Shown here piece by piece: positions 50,927 through 60,212 of a stretch of 64,000 nucleotides of DNA. The DNA lies in sequence record DRR378314_814. One strand, given 5' to 3'. The notes below the pieces were generated by a model. It searched no databases. It was not told where the DNA came from and worked only from the letters and a program-made list of their open reading frames with translations. The translations under genes were made by a program, and so were the position numbers. Numbering within the stretch: position 1 is the stretch's first letter; each line of letters opens with the position of its first letter.

Positions 50927-51139
50927 TCCCCGCGAAGCCTCTCGAAGTGTTTATTCTTATACTCAAGTTGCATTGCCATCTTACGAAGGACAGAAGGAGA
51001 ACCCAACCAGTATTTTTCAGAGGCGTGTATCAAGATTCCAATCAGATGTTGGCTCGCGCCTTTATCAGAAAACTGCCAACTTGCGCTCCAAAATCACCAA
51101 GTGCATTTATGTCCTTATTGTCGATTCTGGCATCAGACT

Positions 51140-52117
51140 TCAAGCCTGACCTCTAAGCCAGTTCACATATGCATCAATTTGTGGTTTGAGACGTTTATGA
51201 TCCAGATACTGAATATGAAAAGATCGGCTGCTTTTTCGTCGATACTCAAAAGGCGCCACCAGTCGTCCGGATCGCAAATCATCTTCCACAAAATCCGCAA
51301 AGGCAATCGCGAAACCGACGCCTTCAATCGCCGCCTGTATTGACAGATCAAGTGTCGGAAATTCGGGTCCCTTCCGCCAATCAACCTGTGAAATCGATGC
51401 GTGACCATCCGCAGTCACCACTCCGAGCGGGTTGGTATCAAGCCAATTTTTCCATTCATTTTGCAAAGGTGCAGAATGAATAAGGACATTTTGGATCAGA
51501 AGATCCAGCGCCTCAACCTCACTGAGACCTTGCCGCCAGAAAGTTGGGCTGCAGACCGGTAGGGTTTCAACCTCTAAGAAATGTTCGCTTTTCACAATCT
51601 GCTGGTTTCCGTTATCGGCAGTTCGCTGCCCTTTAACAGATCCGTCCAGTTGAATAGCAATGTCATGATCAGGTTCTCGCGATAGATCAACCTCATTTAA
51701 AGTCGTAGTGATCTGCACTTTGATATCCGGAAAATTCTGATAGAAATCCGACCATCTCGGAAGGAGCCAACGAGCCGCGAAAGTTGGATGGCAAATAACG
51801 CGAACCTGAGAATCAGAATATTGCCGGCGCGCCCGGCGCGCCGCATTTTGCAGTTCCTCCAACGGTGTCGATATCTCCGATAAAAATCTTACCCCCGGCT
51901 CTGTAAGCTCGAGCCCATACTGCGTGCGCTGAAACAGTTTTATCTCAAGATAAACCTCCAGCTTTTTAACTAATCGACTAACGGCGCCCGGCGTTACATT
52001 CATCGCCTCACCAGCTTGAGTAAAACTCAAATGCTGAGCCGCAATGGCAAAACTTCTTATAGCATTTAAGGGAATATTATCGATAGCAGGTACTTTCTGT
52101 ATTGATTTTTTCTCCAG
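51140..52117 (-). CDS. GcvA/AmpR-type LysR regulator; start anomalous (non-canonical start or frameshift)
   Basis: Frame reads PLNAIRSFAIAAQHLSFTQAGEAMNVTPGAVSRLVKKLE, PTFAARWLLPR, AAIEGVG, DLRSGRLVAPF; in-frame TGA at 52118-52120. Confidence 0.85.
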   Translation of the reverse strand: MEKKSIQKVPAIDNIPLNAIRSFAIAAQHLSFTQAGEAMNVTPGAVSRLVKKLEVYLEIKLFQRTQYGLELTEPGVRFLSEISTPLEELQNAARRARRQYSDSQVRVICHPTFAARWLLPRWSDFYQNFPDIKVQITTTLNEVDLSREPDHDIAIQLDGSVKGQRTADNGNQQIVKSEHFLEVETLPVCSPTFWRQGLSEVEALDLLIQNVLIHSAPLQNEWKNWLDTNPLGVVTADGHASISQVDWRKGPEFPTLDLSIQAAIEGVGFAIAFADFVEDDLRSGRLVAPFEYRRKSSRSFHIQYLDHKRLKPQIDAYVNWLRGQA

Positions 52118-52201
52118 TCACTATGCTATTAAATCGATTGCTATCACAAGATCAAATTCACACAATTGGCGAAATTCCATTTGATAAAAAAGAGCTTGGA
52201 C

Positions 52202-54007
52202 ATGCCACAAAACACAACTCCCTTTCCGCAATCAATATCACCAGAAGCTGCAGCATTGCGTCATGGCCATGAGCATGTTGCAAAAGATGCTCACGGCCTG
52301 AATTTCTTTAGCATTGACACCTCTTTCCAGGACTTATTGAAGTTATATCTAACCTCTAAAGAACAAGATCACTTCTGGCCCCAATTTCAAAAATTAGGAG
52401 AGCTGGCCGGGAATGAATTAGATGATTGGGCGGCAACAGCAGATCAATACCCGCCTATTCTTCACAACCGTGATCAATACGGCCGCGACCGACAATGGAT
52501 CGAACATCATCCCTCTTATCAAGAAATGGAGAAAGTCGGGTTTTATGAATACGGAATCCATGCGTGCGCGCACCGGCCCATCCTCAATTGGCCAACCCAT
52601 GTCTCCCCCATGGTCAAATTTGCACTGCACTATCTTTTTAGTCAGGCTGAATTTGGCTTAATGTGCCCCCTTGCTGTGACAGAATTGGCCGCAATGCTGG
52701 TTTTGAAATATGGATCTAAGGAGGTAGTAGAAAAATTCGGGAAACGGATGATTTCCCTTGATCCTGACAATTTGCTTCAGGGCGCTCAGTTTATGACGGA
52801 AAAAGCCGGCGGATCCGACGTAGGCGCTAATGAGCTTAAAGCGATTCACGATGGCGAAAACTGGCGACTGTACGGAGAGAAGTTCTTCTGCTCGAACGCG
52901 GATTGCGGTGTTGCCGTGTTGCTTGCCCGTTGCGAAGGAGATCAGGACGGCATTAATGGCTTAACAGCTTTTGTGGTTCCGCGTGACCTCGACACTGGAG
53001 AACGAAATAACTACCAAATTATGCGCCTGAAAAACAAAATGGGAAGCCGATCTCTTGCCAGTGGTGAAATACGCTATGAAGGTGCTGTGGCCTTTATCCT
53101 TGGAAAACAGCAACAGGGAATAAAAATCCTACTTGATCAGGTCAATATGTCCCGACTGTCCCATGGCATGCGCGCGGCCGCCACCATGCGGCGAGCTCTG
53201 AACGAGTCTTTAATGGTTGGGCGCACGAGATATCTTTTTGGCAAACCGGCCGAAAGCCAACCTCTATTTTGGCGTCAACTGTTACAAATTAAAATTCCAA
53301 CCGAGGCAGCCCTATCAGTATCCTGCTATGGTGCCGATCTACTAAAAAAAGCTGAAGAAGGCTCAAACGAAGCGACGCAACTTCTGCGGATTGTTACCCC
53401 TGTTATCAAAATGCGGTCAAATCGCGACAACGTCAAAGCCTGCGGCAAAGCGATCGAAATTCGGGGCGGAAACGGGGTAATCGAAGATTGGGTGAACAGC
53501 CGCCTACTCAGAGATAGTTTTATCCCCGTGTTATGGGAGGGAACAAGTGTCATCAATTCAATTGACGTCATTCGAAGAGCCGTTGGTAAATCGCAAGCTC
53601 ATATTCCTCTGCGTGCGGAACTGCACCGGCTAATTGAAGAAGCATCATTAGTCCCGGCGAATTACCGAAGTCACCTGACTGAACTGGTAGATAAAGCTGT
53701 GAACTACGCTGAAGCTGTCGCCATGGCTGAAAAAGGCGAAAAATATGCCCGGCTCGCGACATCTAAACTATATCATGCACTAAGCGCGGCTCTATTGATT
53801 TGGGAGGGCTCCCGAATTGCGAAAAAAAACGGAGATGCAACGCGAATATTGCTCTCCCGGTTTATCGTAGATCATTTTCTGGATCCTGCCGATGGCTTTG
53901 ATTTGCCCGACAATGACGATTGGGAGGAAGAAGCCGCACAGCTTATCTTGGCTGGTAACGCAATTTCGATAGATGCTGCCAACACACTGCTCCGCAAACA
54001 GTTATAA
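52202..54007 (+). CDS. Acyl-CoA dehydrogenase (AidB-like group)
   Basis: GLMCP, QFMTEKAGGSDV, RLKNKMGSRS, GGNG.IEDW, LWEGT. Confidence 0.88.
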   Translation: MPQNTTPFPQSISPEAAALRHGHEHVAKDAHGLNFFSIDTSFQDLLKLYLTSKEQDHFWPQFQKLGELAGNELDDWAATADQYPPILHNRDQYGRDRQWIEHHPSYQEMEKVGFYEYGIHACAHRPILNWPTHVSPMVKFALHYLFSQAEFGLMCPLAVTELAAMLVLKYGSKEVVEKFGKRMISLDPDNLLQGAQFMTEKAGGSDVGANELKAIHDGENWRLYGEKFFCSNADCGVAVLLARCEGDQDGINGLTAFVVPRDLDTGERNNYQIMRLKNKMGSRSLASGEIRYEGAVAFILGKQQQGIKILLDQVNMSRLSHGMRAAATMRRALNESLMVGRTRYLFGKPAESQPLFWRQLLQIKIPTEAALSVSCYGADLLKKAEEGSNEATQLLRIVTPVIKMRSNRDNVKACGKAIEIRGGNGVIEDWVNSRLLRDSFIPVLWEGTSVINSIDVIRRAVGKSQAHIPLRAELHRLIEEASLVPANYRSHLTELVDKAVNYAEAVAMAEKGEKYARLATSKLYHALSAALLIWEGSRIAKKNGDATRILLSRFIVDHFLDPADGFDLPDNDDWEEEAAQLILAGNAISIDAANTLLRKQL

Positions 54008-54114
54008 TCGCTTCTTGCCTCTCGCCGGGTTTTTCTTACACTCTAGCGGCTTCGTTTTATCCCGAATGACGAAGCCGGAACCCAACTGGATTTTTTTGCA
54101 ACTAGAGTGGTGAT

Positions 54115-54909
54115 ATGCAGCAGTATCTGGATCTTCTAAAAACGATCAGAGAGAATGGCACTTATAAAGGCGATCGGACTGGAACCGGGACTTACAGCAT
54201 TTTTGGCCATCAGATGCGCTTTGATCTGGCCAGGGGTTTCCCGGTTCTGACAACCAAGAAATTGCATCTTAAATCTATCATCCATGAGCTCCTGTGGTTT
54301 CTGGCCGGTGATACAAACATCAAATATTTGCAGGAAAATGGTGTCCGAATCTGGGATGAATGGGCCGATGAGAACGGCAACCTTGGGCCCGTTTATGGGT
54401 ATCAATGGCGATCATGGCCTGCACCCGATGGCGAGAAAATTGACCAAATCACCAAACTGATCCAGCAAATTAAAACAAATCCCGATAGCCGCCGACATAT
54501 TGTCACCGCATGGAACCCGGCAGATGTGGACGATATGGCGCTCCCCCCCTGCCATTGTCTGTTTCAGTTTTATGTGGCCGATGGCAAATTATCCTGCCAA
54601 CTGTATCAACGCAGTGCCGATGTCTTCCTTGGAGTTCCGTTCAATATCGCCTCCTATGCGCTTCTAACCATGATGCTGGCGCAAGTCTGTGATCTGGAAG
54701 TTGGCGATTTTGTGCACAGCTTTGGTGACGCCCATTTATATTCCAACCACCTGGAGCAGGCAGACACCCAACTGACGCGAACGCCCGGCGACCTTCCAAC
54801 GCTGGAAATCAACCCTGACATCAAGGATCTTTTCGCCTTCCGGTTTGAGGATTTCACCTTGAAAAACTATGTTGCGGATCCGCATATCCGTGCACCGGTT
54901 GCTGTCTGA
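54115..54909 (+). CDS. thyA: Thymidylate synthase
   Basis: [42 protein letters not shown]. Confidence 0.97.
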   Translation: MQQYLDLLKTIRENGTYKGDRTGTGTYSIFGHQMRFDLARGFPVLTTKKLHLKSIIHELLWFLAGDTNIKYLQENGVRIWDEWADENGNLGPVYGYQWRSWPAPDGEKIDQITKLIQQIKTNPDSRRHIVTAWNPADVDDMALPPCHCLFQFYVADGKLSCQLYQRSADVFLGVPFNIASYALLTMMLAQVCDLEVGDFVHSFGDAHLYSNHLEQADTQLTRTPGDLPTLEINPDIKDLFAFRFEDFTLKNYVADPHIRAPVAV

Positions 54910-55430
54910 TGCATAAAGAATTTCAAATCAGTGCCATTCTTGCAGTGTCAGAGAATGATGTCATCGGCTCAGACGGGGATTTGCCCTGGCGCCTGTCCAA
55001 CGATCTCAAATGGTTCAAAAAGAATACCCTGAACAAACCGCTGATCATGGGGCGAAAGACATTTCAATCGTTACCGGGGATCCTGCCGGATCGCACCCAT
55101 ATTATCCTCAGCCGGGACCCTGAATTCAAGGCCGCCGACAATCCGGTTGCCGCAACAGTTCAAGACGCACTGGTGTTTGCCGAAGAGGATGCCAAAGCCC
55201 GGGGTGTGCCCGAAATCATGGTCATTGGCGGCGGCGAGATATACACACTCTTTGCTGATCAAATAGACCGATATTACCTGACGCGAGTTCATACGGAGCT
55301 TGACGGTGACACCTATTTTCAGCCATTGAACGACACCCAATGGACGGAAACTTTTTATGAAAAACATGAGAGTTCCGAGCGAAATGACCATCCGCACACG
55401 TTTCGGATCCTGGACCGAAATCCACAATAA
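54909..55430 (+). CDS. folA: Dihydrofolate reductase
   Basis: VIG..GDLPW, IMGRKTF, LPDR, IGGGEIY, GDTYF; TGATG coupling to thyA. Confidence 0.95.
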   Translation: MHKEFQISAILAVSENDVIGSDGDLPWRLSNDLKWFKKNTLNKPLIMGRKTFQSLPGILPDRTHIILSRDPEFKAADNPVAATVQDALVFAEEDAKARGVPEIMVIGGGEIYTLFADQIDRYYLTRVHTELDGDTYFQPLNDTQWTETFYEKHESSERNDHPHTFRILDRNPQ

Positions 55431-55482
55431 TCTGCAAAGATATTTCGCCCCTTTCAATCTGCACCGGGAATGTCTATATTAC

Positions 55483-55750
55483 GGGTGTTGGGCAACCAAC
55501 TATGGCGATAAACGTTTCGTGGAATAAACGTTGCGGACCCGGGGGCGGTACCCGGCGCCTCCACCAATTCCCTTGGGGGGCGAAATAGGTTCGACGCGCG
55601 CAGTAAAGACGTAATTTTCGCTCGGCGGGATTCCACCGTTACCGGATCAAACTTTACAAATGCAAACGATAATGAAGCATTTGCCGTAGCTGCTTAATAG
55701 CTTAGCTACACGGGGTTCGAAGGGGCACCTGGCAACAGAAGCCCCTTCAC
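55483..55750 (+). ncRNA. ssrA: Circularly permuted two-piece tmRNA, tag ANDNEAFAVAA
   Basis: Segment ending GACCCGGGGGCGGTACCCGGCGCCTCCACCA (55566) precedes the segment starting GGGGGCGAAATAGGTTCGAC (55576); tag frame GCA AAC GAT AAT...GCT GCT TAA at 55662-55697. Outer boundaries approximate. Confidence 0.93.
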
Positions 55751-55823
55751 TTTATTAAGCCTTCCAAGCGCGGTGGAAAAAACCAGAAAGCGTGGGGAGA
55801 TTTAGGGCAGGAGTGTAGAGAGT

Positions 55824-56309
55824 ATGGCTGGTGAAATTAATTATAACCTTCTGGTGGAGCGTGCCCTGCTGAATGTCGTGCGCGATTCTCTAAATCATGC
55901 GGCAAGCCACGGGTTGTCTGGACAACAACATTTCTACATCACCTTCAAAACCCATTTCCCAGGTGTTATCATCCCTGATCATCTGAAGAAGCGCTATAGC
56001 GAGGATATGACCATCGTTATGCAGCATCAGTATTGGGACCTGCAGGTCACCGACGAAGGTTTCAGCATCGGCCTTAGTTTCAACCATCAAAAAGAAACAC
56101 TGGTCGTTCCATATGACAGCATCACCGCCTTTGCGGATCCGTCAGAGCAGTTTGGCCTGCAATTTACAGTGGCAGCCTCCGAAGACGAACTGCAAAGCAC
56201 ACCCGATGCGAACGCCGAAACTACAGCAGATGACGTAACAGATACGGCAGCCGAAGAAAACAAGGCCGGCGAAGTCATAACACTGGACGCCTTTCGCAAA
56301 AAACAATAA
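55824..56309 (+). CDS. sspB: Alphaproteobacterial ClpXP adaptor SspB
   Basis: HFYITFKT, MTIVMQHQYWDL, FADPS..FGLQF, C-terminal GEVITLDAFRKK; adjacent to ssrA. Confidence 0.9.
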   Translation: MAGEINYNLLVERALLNVVRDSLNHAASHGLSGQQHFYITFKTHFPGVIIPDHLKKRYSEDMTIVMQHQYWDLQVTDEGFSIGLSFNHQKETLVVPYDSITAFADPSEQFGLQFTVAASEDELQSTPDANAETTADDVTDTAAEENKAGEVITLDAFRKKQ

Positions 56310-56410
56310 GACAGCATTTATCATTTGACGGGAGCGGCCCGCCTCATCACTTGCAGAACCGCCGATGAACCGGGCTGACATGAATTTACAGGTCTGACGG
56401 AACAGAGCAC

Positions 56411-58021
56411 ATGCAAGAATTTCATTTTCAGGATATTTTTGAACTGGGGAAAGACGAGACCCCTTATCGCAAACTCACTGACAAATACGTATCGACACTT
56501 GAGGTTGACGGCAAACAGGTTCTCAAGATTGAACCAGAAGCGCTAGAACTACTCACAGCGGAAGCTATGAAAGATGTCGCGCATCTGTTACGTCCGGCGC
56601 ATTTGCAGCAACTTACAAAAATCCTCGAAGACGACGAAGCCTCCGAAAATGATAAATTTGTTGCAACGGAACTCCTGAAAAACGCCAATATTGCCGCCGG
56701 TATGGTTCTGCCCGGATGTCAGGACACAGGCACAGCCATCATCATGGGCAAAAAAGGGCAATATGTCTGGACCGATGGCGAAGACAAAAAAGCTCTCTCC
56801 AAAGGTGTTTTCAAAACCTATACGGAAACCAATCTTAGGTATTCCCAACTCGCCCCGATCAGCATGTTCGACGAAAAGAATACGGGAACCAATCTGCCAG
56901 CACAGATTGACCTATATTCAATAGACGGAGATGCATACGAATTTCTATTCATTGCCAAAGGCGGCGGATCAGCGAACAAATCCTTCCTGCATCAGGCTGT
57001 TCCAAGTGTCCTGGCGCCAGATCGTTTGGTGCCGTTCATCGAAGAGAAAATTGCAGAACTTGGAACGGCGGCCTGCCCCCCTTATCATCTGGCAGTTGTC
57101 ATTGGCGGTACATCTGCTGAAGACACAATGAAGACCGTCAAGCTTGCATCGACCAAATATTATGACACCTTGCCAACCAGCGGCAATGAATATGGCCGGG
57201 CTTTCAGAGATCTGGAGATGGAAGAAGCCATCCACAAAATCAGTCAGAATATCGGGATTGGCGCCCAGTTCGGCGGGAAATATTTCTGTCATGATGTTCG
57301 GGTCGTGCGGATGCCCCGCCATGGTGCCAGTGTTCCCATCGGTATCGGCGTTTCCTGTTCTGCGGATCGGCAAGTGAAAGGCAAGATCACCAAAGACGGT
57401 GTCTTCCTTGAGCAACTGGAAACCAATCCCGCTAAATACCTGCCAGAAGTCTCTGAAAATCAACTGGAACAAAATGTGGTCAAAATCGACCTCAACCGTC
57501 CAATGAAGGAAATTCTGGCAACACTGACCCAATACCCGATTAAAACCCGCCTGAGCCTGACTGGTACAATCATCGTGGCCCGCGACCTTGCCCACCGCAA
57601 ATTACGCGAACGGCTGGAAAGCGGAGAGGATCTACCGCAATATTTCAAAGATCATATCATCTATTATGCAGGTCCGGCCAAAACACCGGAAGGATATGCA
57701 TCTGGCTCGTTCGGACCAACCACCGCCGGGCGGATGGATGGCTATGTGGATGAATTCATGGGCCATGGCGGCAGCATGATCATGCTGGCCAAAGGCAACC
57801 GAAGTAAAGCCGTCATTGACGCCTGTAATAAACATGGTGGGTTTTATCTCGGATCGATCGGCGGCCCTGCTGCTATTCTGGCGCAGAACAATATTAAGAA
57901 AATTGAAGTGCAGGAATTTGAAGAACTGGGCATGGAAGCCATCTGGCGTATTGAAATTGAAGATTTCCCGGCCTTTATTGTCACCGATGACAAAGGCAAC
58001 GATTTCTTCGCCAAAAAATAA
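56411..58021 (+). CDS. Class I (Fe-S) fumarate hydratase
   Basis: [53 protein letters not shown]. Confidence 0.93.
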   Translation: MQEFHFQDIFELGKDETPYRKLTDKYVSTLEVDGKQVLKIEPEALELLTAEAMKDVAHLLRPAHLQQLTKILEDDEASENDKFVATELLKNANIAAGMVLPGCQDTGTAIIMGKKGQYVWTDGEDKKALSKGVFKTYTETNLRYSQLAPISMFDEKNTGTNLPAQIDLYSIDGDAYEFLFIAKGGGSANKSFLHQAVPSVLAPDRLVPFIEEKIAELGTAACPPYHLAVVIGGTSAEDTMKTVKLASTKYYDTLPTSGNEYGRAFRDLEMEEAIHKISQNIGIGAQFGGKYFCHDVRVVRMPRHGASVPIGIGVSCSADRQVKGKITKDGVFLEQLETNPAKYLPEVSENQLEQNVVKIDLNRPMKEILATLTQYPIKTRLSLTGTIIVARDLAHRKLRERLESGEDLPQYFKDHIIYYAGPAKTPEGYASGSFGPTTAGRMDGYVDEFMGHGGSMIMLAKGNRSKAVIDACNKHGGFYLGSIGGPAAILAQNNIKKIEVQEFEELGMEAIWRIEIEDFPAFIVTDDKGNDFFAKK

Positions 58022-58039
58022 ACCCAGAGATATGGCCCT

Positions 58040-58267
58040 GTGATGCTGGAAACTGAAATCATCAAACATTCTGTCAGCATCGCGGGGCACCGAACCAGTA
58101 TCTCCCTTGAAAAGCCGTTCTGGGATCTTTTCAAAACTGCGGCCGAAAAAGAAGGCCGTAGCCTTAACGCCTTGATCGGCGATATCGATGAAAGCCGTAC
58201 CGGCAATCTTTCCAGCGCCATTCGGCTTTATGTTTTACAGCAGCTTCTGGCGGGCAATCTTCCTTAA
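58040..58267 (+). CDS. Ribbon-helix-helix domain protein (RHH_4 type)
   Basis: KHSVSIAGHRTSISLE..FW, NLSSAIRLYVL. Confidence 0.88.
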   Translation: MMLETEIIKHSVSIAGHRTSISLEKPFWDLFKTAAEKEGRSLNALIGDIDESRTGNLSSAIRLYVLQQLLAGNLP

Positions 58268-58339
58268 AACCTTGAAGTCTTTCATTTTCCACCTAACTTC
58301 AAAGACGGGTATTGGAAAATAAATCAGGATAGTGGGGCC

Positions 58340-58534
58340 ATGGGCGACGTTGTCAATCTGAACAAATTTCGGAAATCAAAAGCGAAAACAGACAAAGAGC
58401 AGCAAGCGGCTGAAAACCGTCAAAAGTTTGGCCGAACCAAGCAGGCAAAAGACCTGGAAAAACGGGAACTTGATGATCAGCAGGCTTTACTTGACGGCAA
58501 GCATCTCTGCCCCGATACACCGGAAAAAAACTAG
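58340..58534 (+). CDS. DUF4169-family protein
   Basis: MGDVVNLNKFRK, AAENRQKFGRTK, LDGK. Confidence 0.85.
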   Translation: MGDVVNLNKFRKSKAKTDKEQQAAENRQKFGRTKQAKDLEKRELDDQQALLDGKHLCPDTPEKN

Positions 58535-58687
58535 CCTTTTCAATTTTCGAGGGCTTTCACGCCAATCCTGACCCCAAAGTGAACAGGATTCTGCGTTTTG
58601 CCCCCGTTATTCAACAGTTTCGTCATATTAATGCAGTATTTCGCGCTTATTTGTGCGTCCGCATACTTAGTTCCATAGGAGAAATTT

Positions 58688-58855
58688 ATGGAAACCCAAA
58701 CCCCCCAGTTTCGGGAACCTGAACTTGAAGATCTATTCGGTGATCCCGTACTGCATGCCGTGTTGAAGCGGGATGGTCTAACTGTTGACGATGTAAAAGA
58801 AGTTGTCGCCCGATACCGCGAACTCAAAACCAGCCAATCCGTAACTTTCAACTGA
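58688..58855 (+). CDS. Small hypothetical protein (55 aa), below the ORF-track cutoff
   Basis: AGGAG RBS, ATG 58688 to TGA 58855 (METQTPQFREPELEDLFGDPVLHAVLKRDGLTVDDVKEVVARYRELKTSQSVTFN), followed by a terminator. Confidence 0.75.
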   Translation: METQTPQFREPELEDLFGDPVLHAVLKRDGLTVDDVKEVVARYRELKTSQSVTFN

Positions 58856-58871
58856 CGTGATAAAGATCACG

Positions 58872-58903
58872 AAAAGCGTCAACTGGCCGGTTGGCGCTTT
58901 TTT
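58872..58903 (+). terminator. Intrinsic terminator after the 55-aa gene
   Basis: AAAAGCGTCAACTGG-CCGGTTGGCGCTTTTTT dyad with T-tract. Confidence 0.75.
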
Positions 58904-58956
58904 GTTTGCCCCCTATACTGTCTTTATAACTATAAACACGACATACGGGATGAAAC

Positions 58957-59841
58957 ATGACGGCCAACAGCAAATATAAGAAGCAGACTGCGACCATTCG
59001 TGGTCTCAAGATGGCGTATATTGATGAAGGCGAAGGCGATCCCATCGTCTTTCTGCACGGTAATCCCACCAGCAGCTATCTATGGCGAAACGTAATGCCT
59101 CATCTGGAAGCTCATGGCCGTCTGATCGCGCCCGATCTGATCGGTATGGGAGATTCTGAAAAGCTGCCGGATAGCGGCCCTGATAGCTATCAGTTCGTTG
59201 ATCATCAGCTTTTTCTCAAAGAATTGCTGGAATATTTAGGGGTTAAATCCAACGTTACTCTCGTCATCCATGATTGGGGTTCAGCCCTTGGTTTTGATTG
59301 GGCCAATCAGAACAGAGACGCCCTCAAAGCCATTGCTTATATGGAAGCTATTGTTCGGCCCATCGACACCTGGGATGACTGGCCAGAAAACGCCCGCAAT
59401 ATCTTTCAGGCCTTTCGAAGTGAAGCGGGTGAAGAGCTGGTTCTATCCAAAAACATCTTTGTTGAGCGGGTTCTGCCCGGATCCATCATCCGGGACCTTG
59501 AAGACGCCGAAATGCGCGAATATATTCGCCCCTTCCTCAATTCCGGAGAAGACAGGCGCCCAACGCTGACTTGGCCCCGACAAATCCCCGTTGCAGGTGA
59601 ACCCGCAGACGTTACAGAAGTTGTCAATTCCTACGCGGAGTGGCTTGCGGGAAGTCATGATCTGCCCAAATTGTTTATTAACGCTGATCCGGGATCGATC
59701 CTGATTGGCAAACAAAGGGATTTTTGCCGCAGCTGGCCCAATCAGAAAGAAGTGACAGTCAAGGGCACTCACTTTATACAGGAAGATAGCCCTGCCGAGA
59801 TTGGCAAGGCCATCGCCCAGTTTCTGACCGAATTACCATAA
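58957..59841 (+). CDS. Haloalkane dehalogenase (HLD-II, LinB/DhaA-like)
   Basis: [20 protein letters not shown] nucleophile, MEA catalytic acid, [18 protein letters not shown] base. Confidence 0.9.
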   Translation: MTANSKYKKQTATIRGLKMAYIDEGEGDPIVFLHGNPTSSYLWRNVMPHLEAHGRLIAPDLIGMGDSEKLPDSGPDSYQFVDHQLFLKELLEYLGVKSNVTLVIHDWGSALGFDWANQNRDALKAIAYMEAIVRPIDTWDDWPENARNIFQAFRSEAGEELVLSKNIFVERVLPGSIIRDLEDAEMREYIRPFLNSGEDRRPTLTWPRQIPVAGEPADVTEVVNSYAEWLAGSHDLPKLFINADPGSILIGKQRDFCRSWPNQKEVTVKGTHFIQEDSPAEIGKAIAQFLTELP

Positions 59842-59856
59842 AAGGGAGATCTTCCA

Positions 59857-60198
59857 TTGGCCCCGACGAAAAAAATCAAACTGAACCCATTGCAAAGCAA
59901 GACATTGGTTCTGCTGCAGGTTCTGGCCAAGGATCCAAACAGTTCGATGCCTGTGGACGGCTCGGAAGATATTCGAATTACCAGTTTGCCGCATGCCCAC
60001 GGAAATCATATGCATGTCGGGCCGTATGTGATTGCGTCAAAAGATGCAACCGGTCTTGATAACCCTGCGGTTTTTGTGGCACTGGCCCGAAAAGGGTTGA
60101 TCCGGGAAAATTATGCAGATGGTATTATCATCACTGCTGCGGGCCTCTCTTTTTCCACGGGCCTGGAAGATAAGTTTATGAGCGTTTCGGATCACTGA
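59857..60198 (+). CDS. Hypothetical protein with His-rich motif
   Basis: TTG start with AAGGGAG RBS, tight spacing in a + strand run; PHAHGNHMH. Confidence 0.7.
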   Translation: MAPTKKIKLNPLQSKTLVLLQVLAKDPNSSMPVDGSEDIRITSLPHAHGNHMHVGPYVIASKDATGLDNPAVFVALARKGLIRENYADGIIITAAGLSFSTGLEDKFMSVSDH

Positions 60199-60212
60199 AC
60201 CCAAGGTAAGCC

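Noticed and set aside
50508..51149. 213-aa + strand ORF
   Set aside because: Mostly antisense to the glycosyltransferase, Ser/Arg-rich, no domain features.
55454..55636. 60-aa ORF, or a stand-alone tRNA at the CCA end
   Set aside because: The region is fully explained by the permuted tmRNA gene.
58040..58534. Type II toxin-antitoxin pair (RHH plus small gene)
   Set aside because: The second protein has no RelE/ParE/PIN/MazF features, and the genes are 72 bp apart rather than overlapping.
58540..58851. 103-aa minus-strand ORF
   Set aside because: Antisense to the better-supported 55-aa + strand gene, which has an RBS and terminator.
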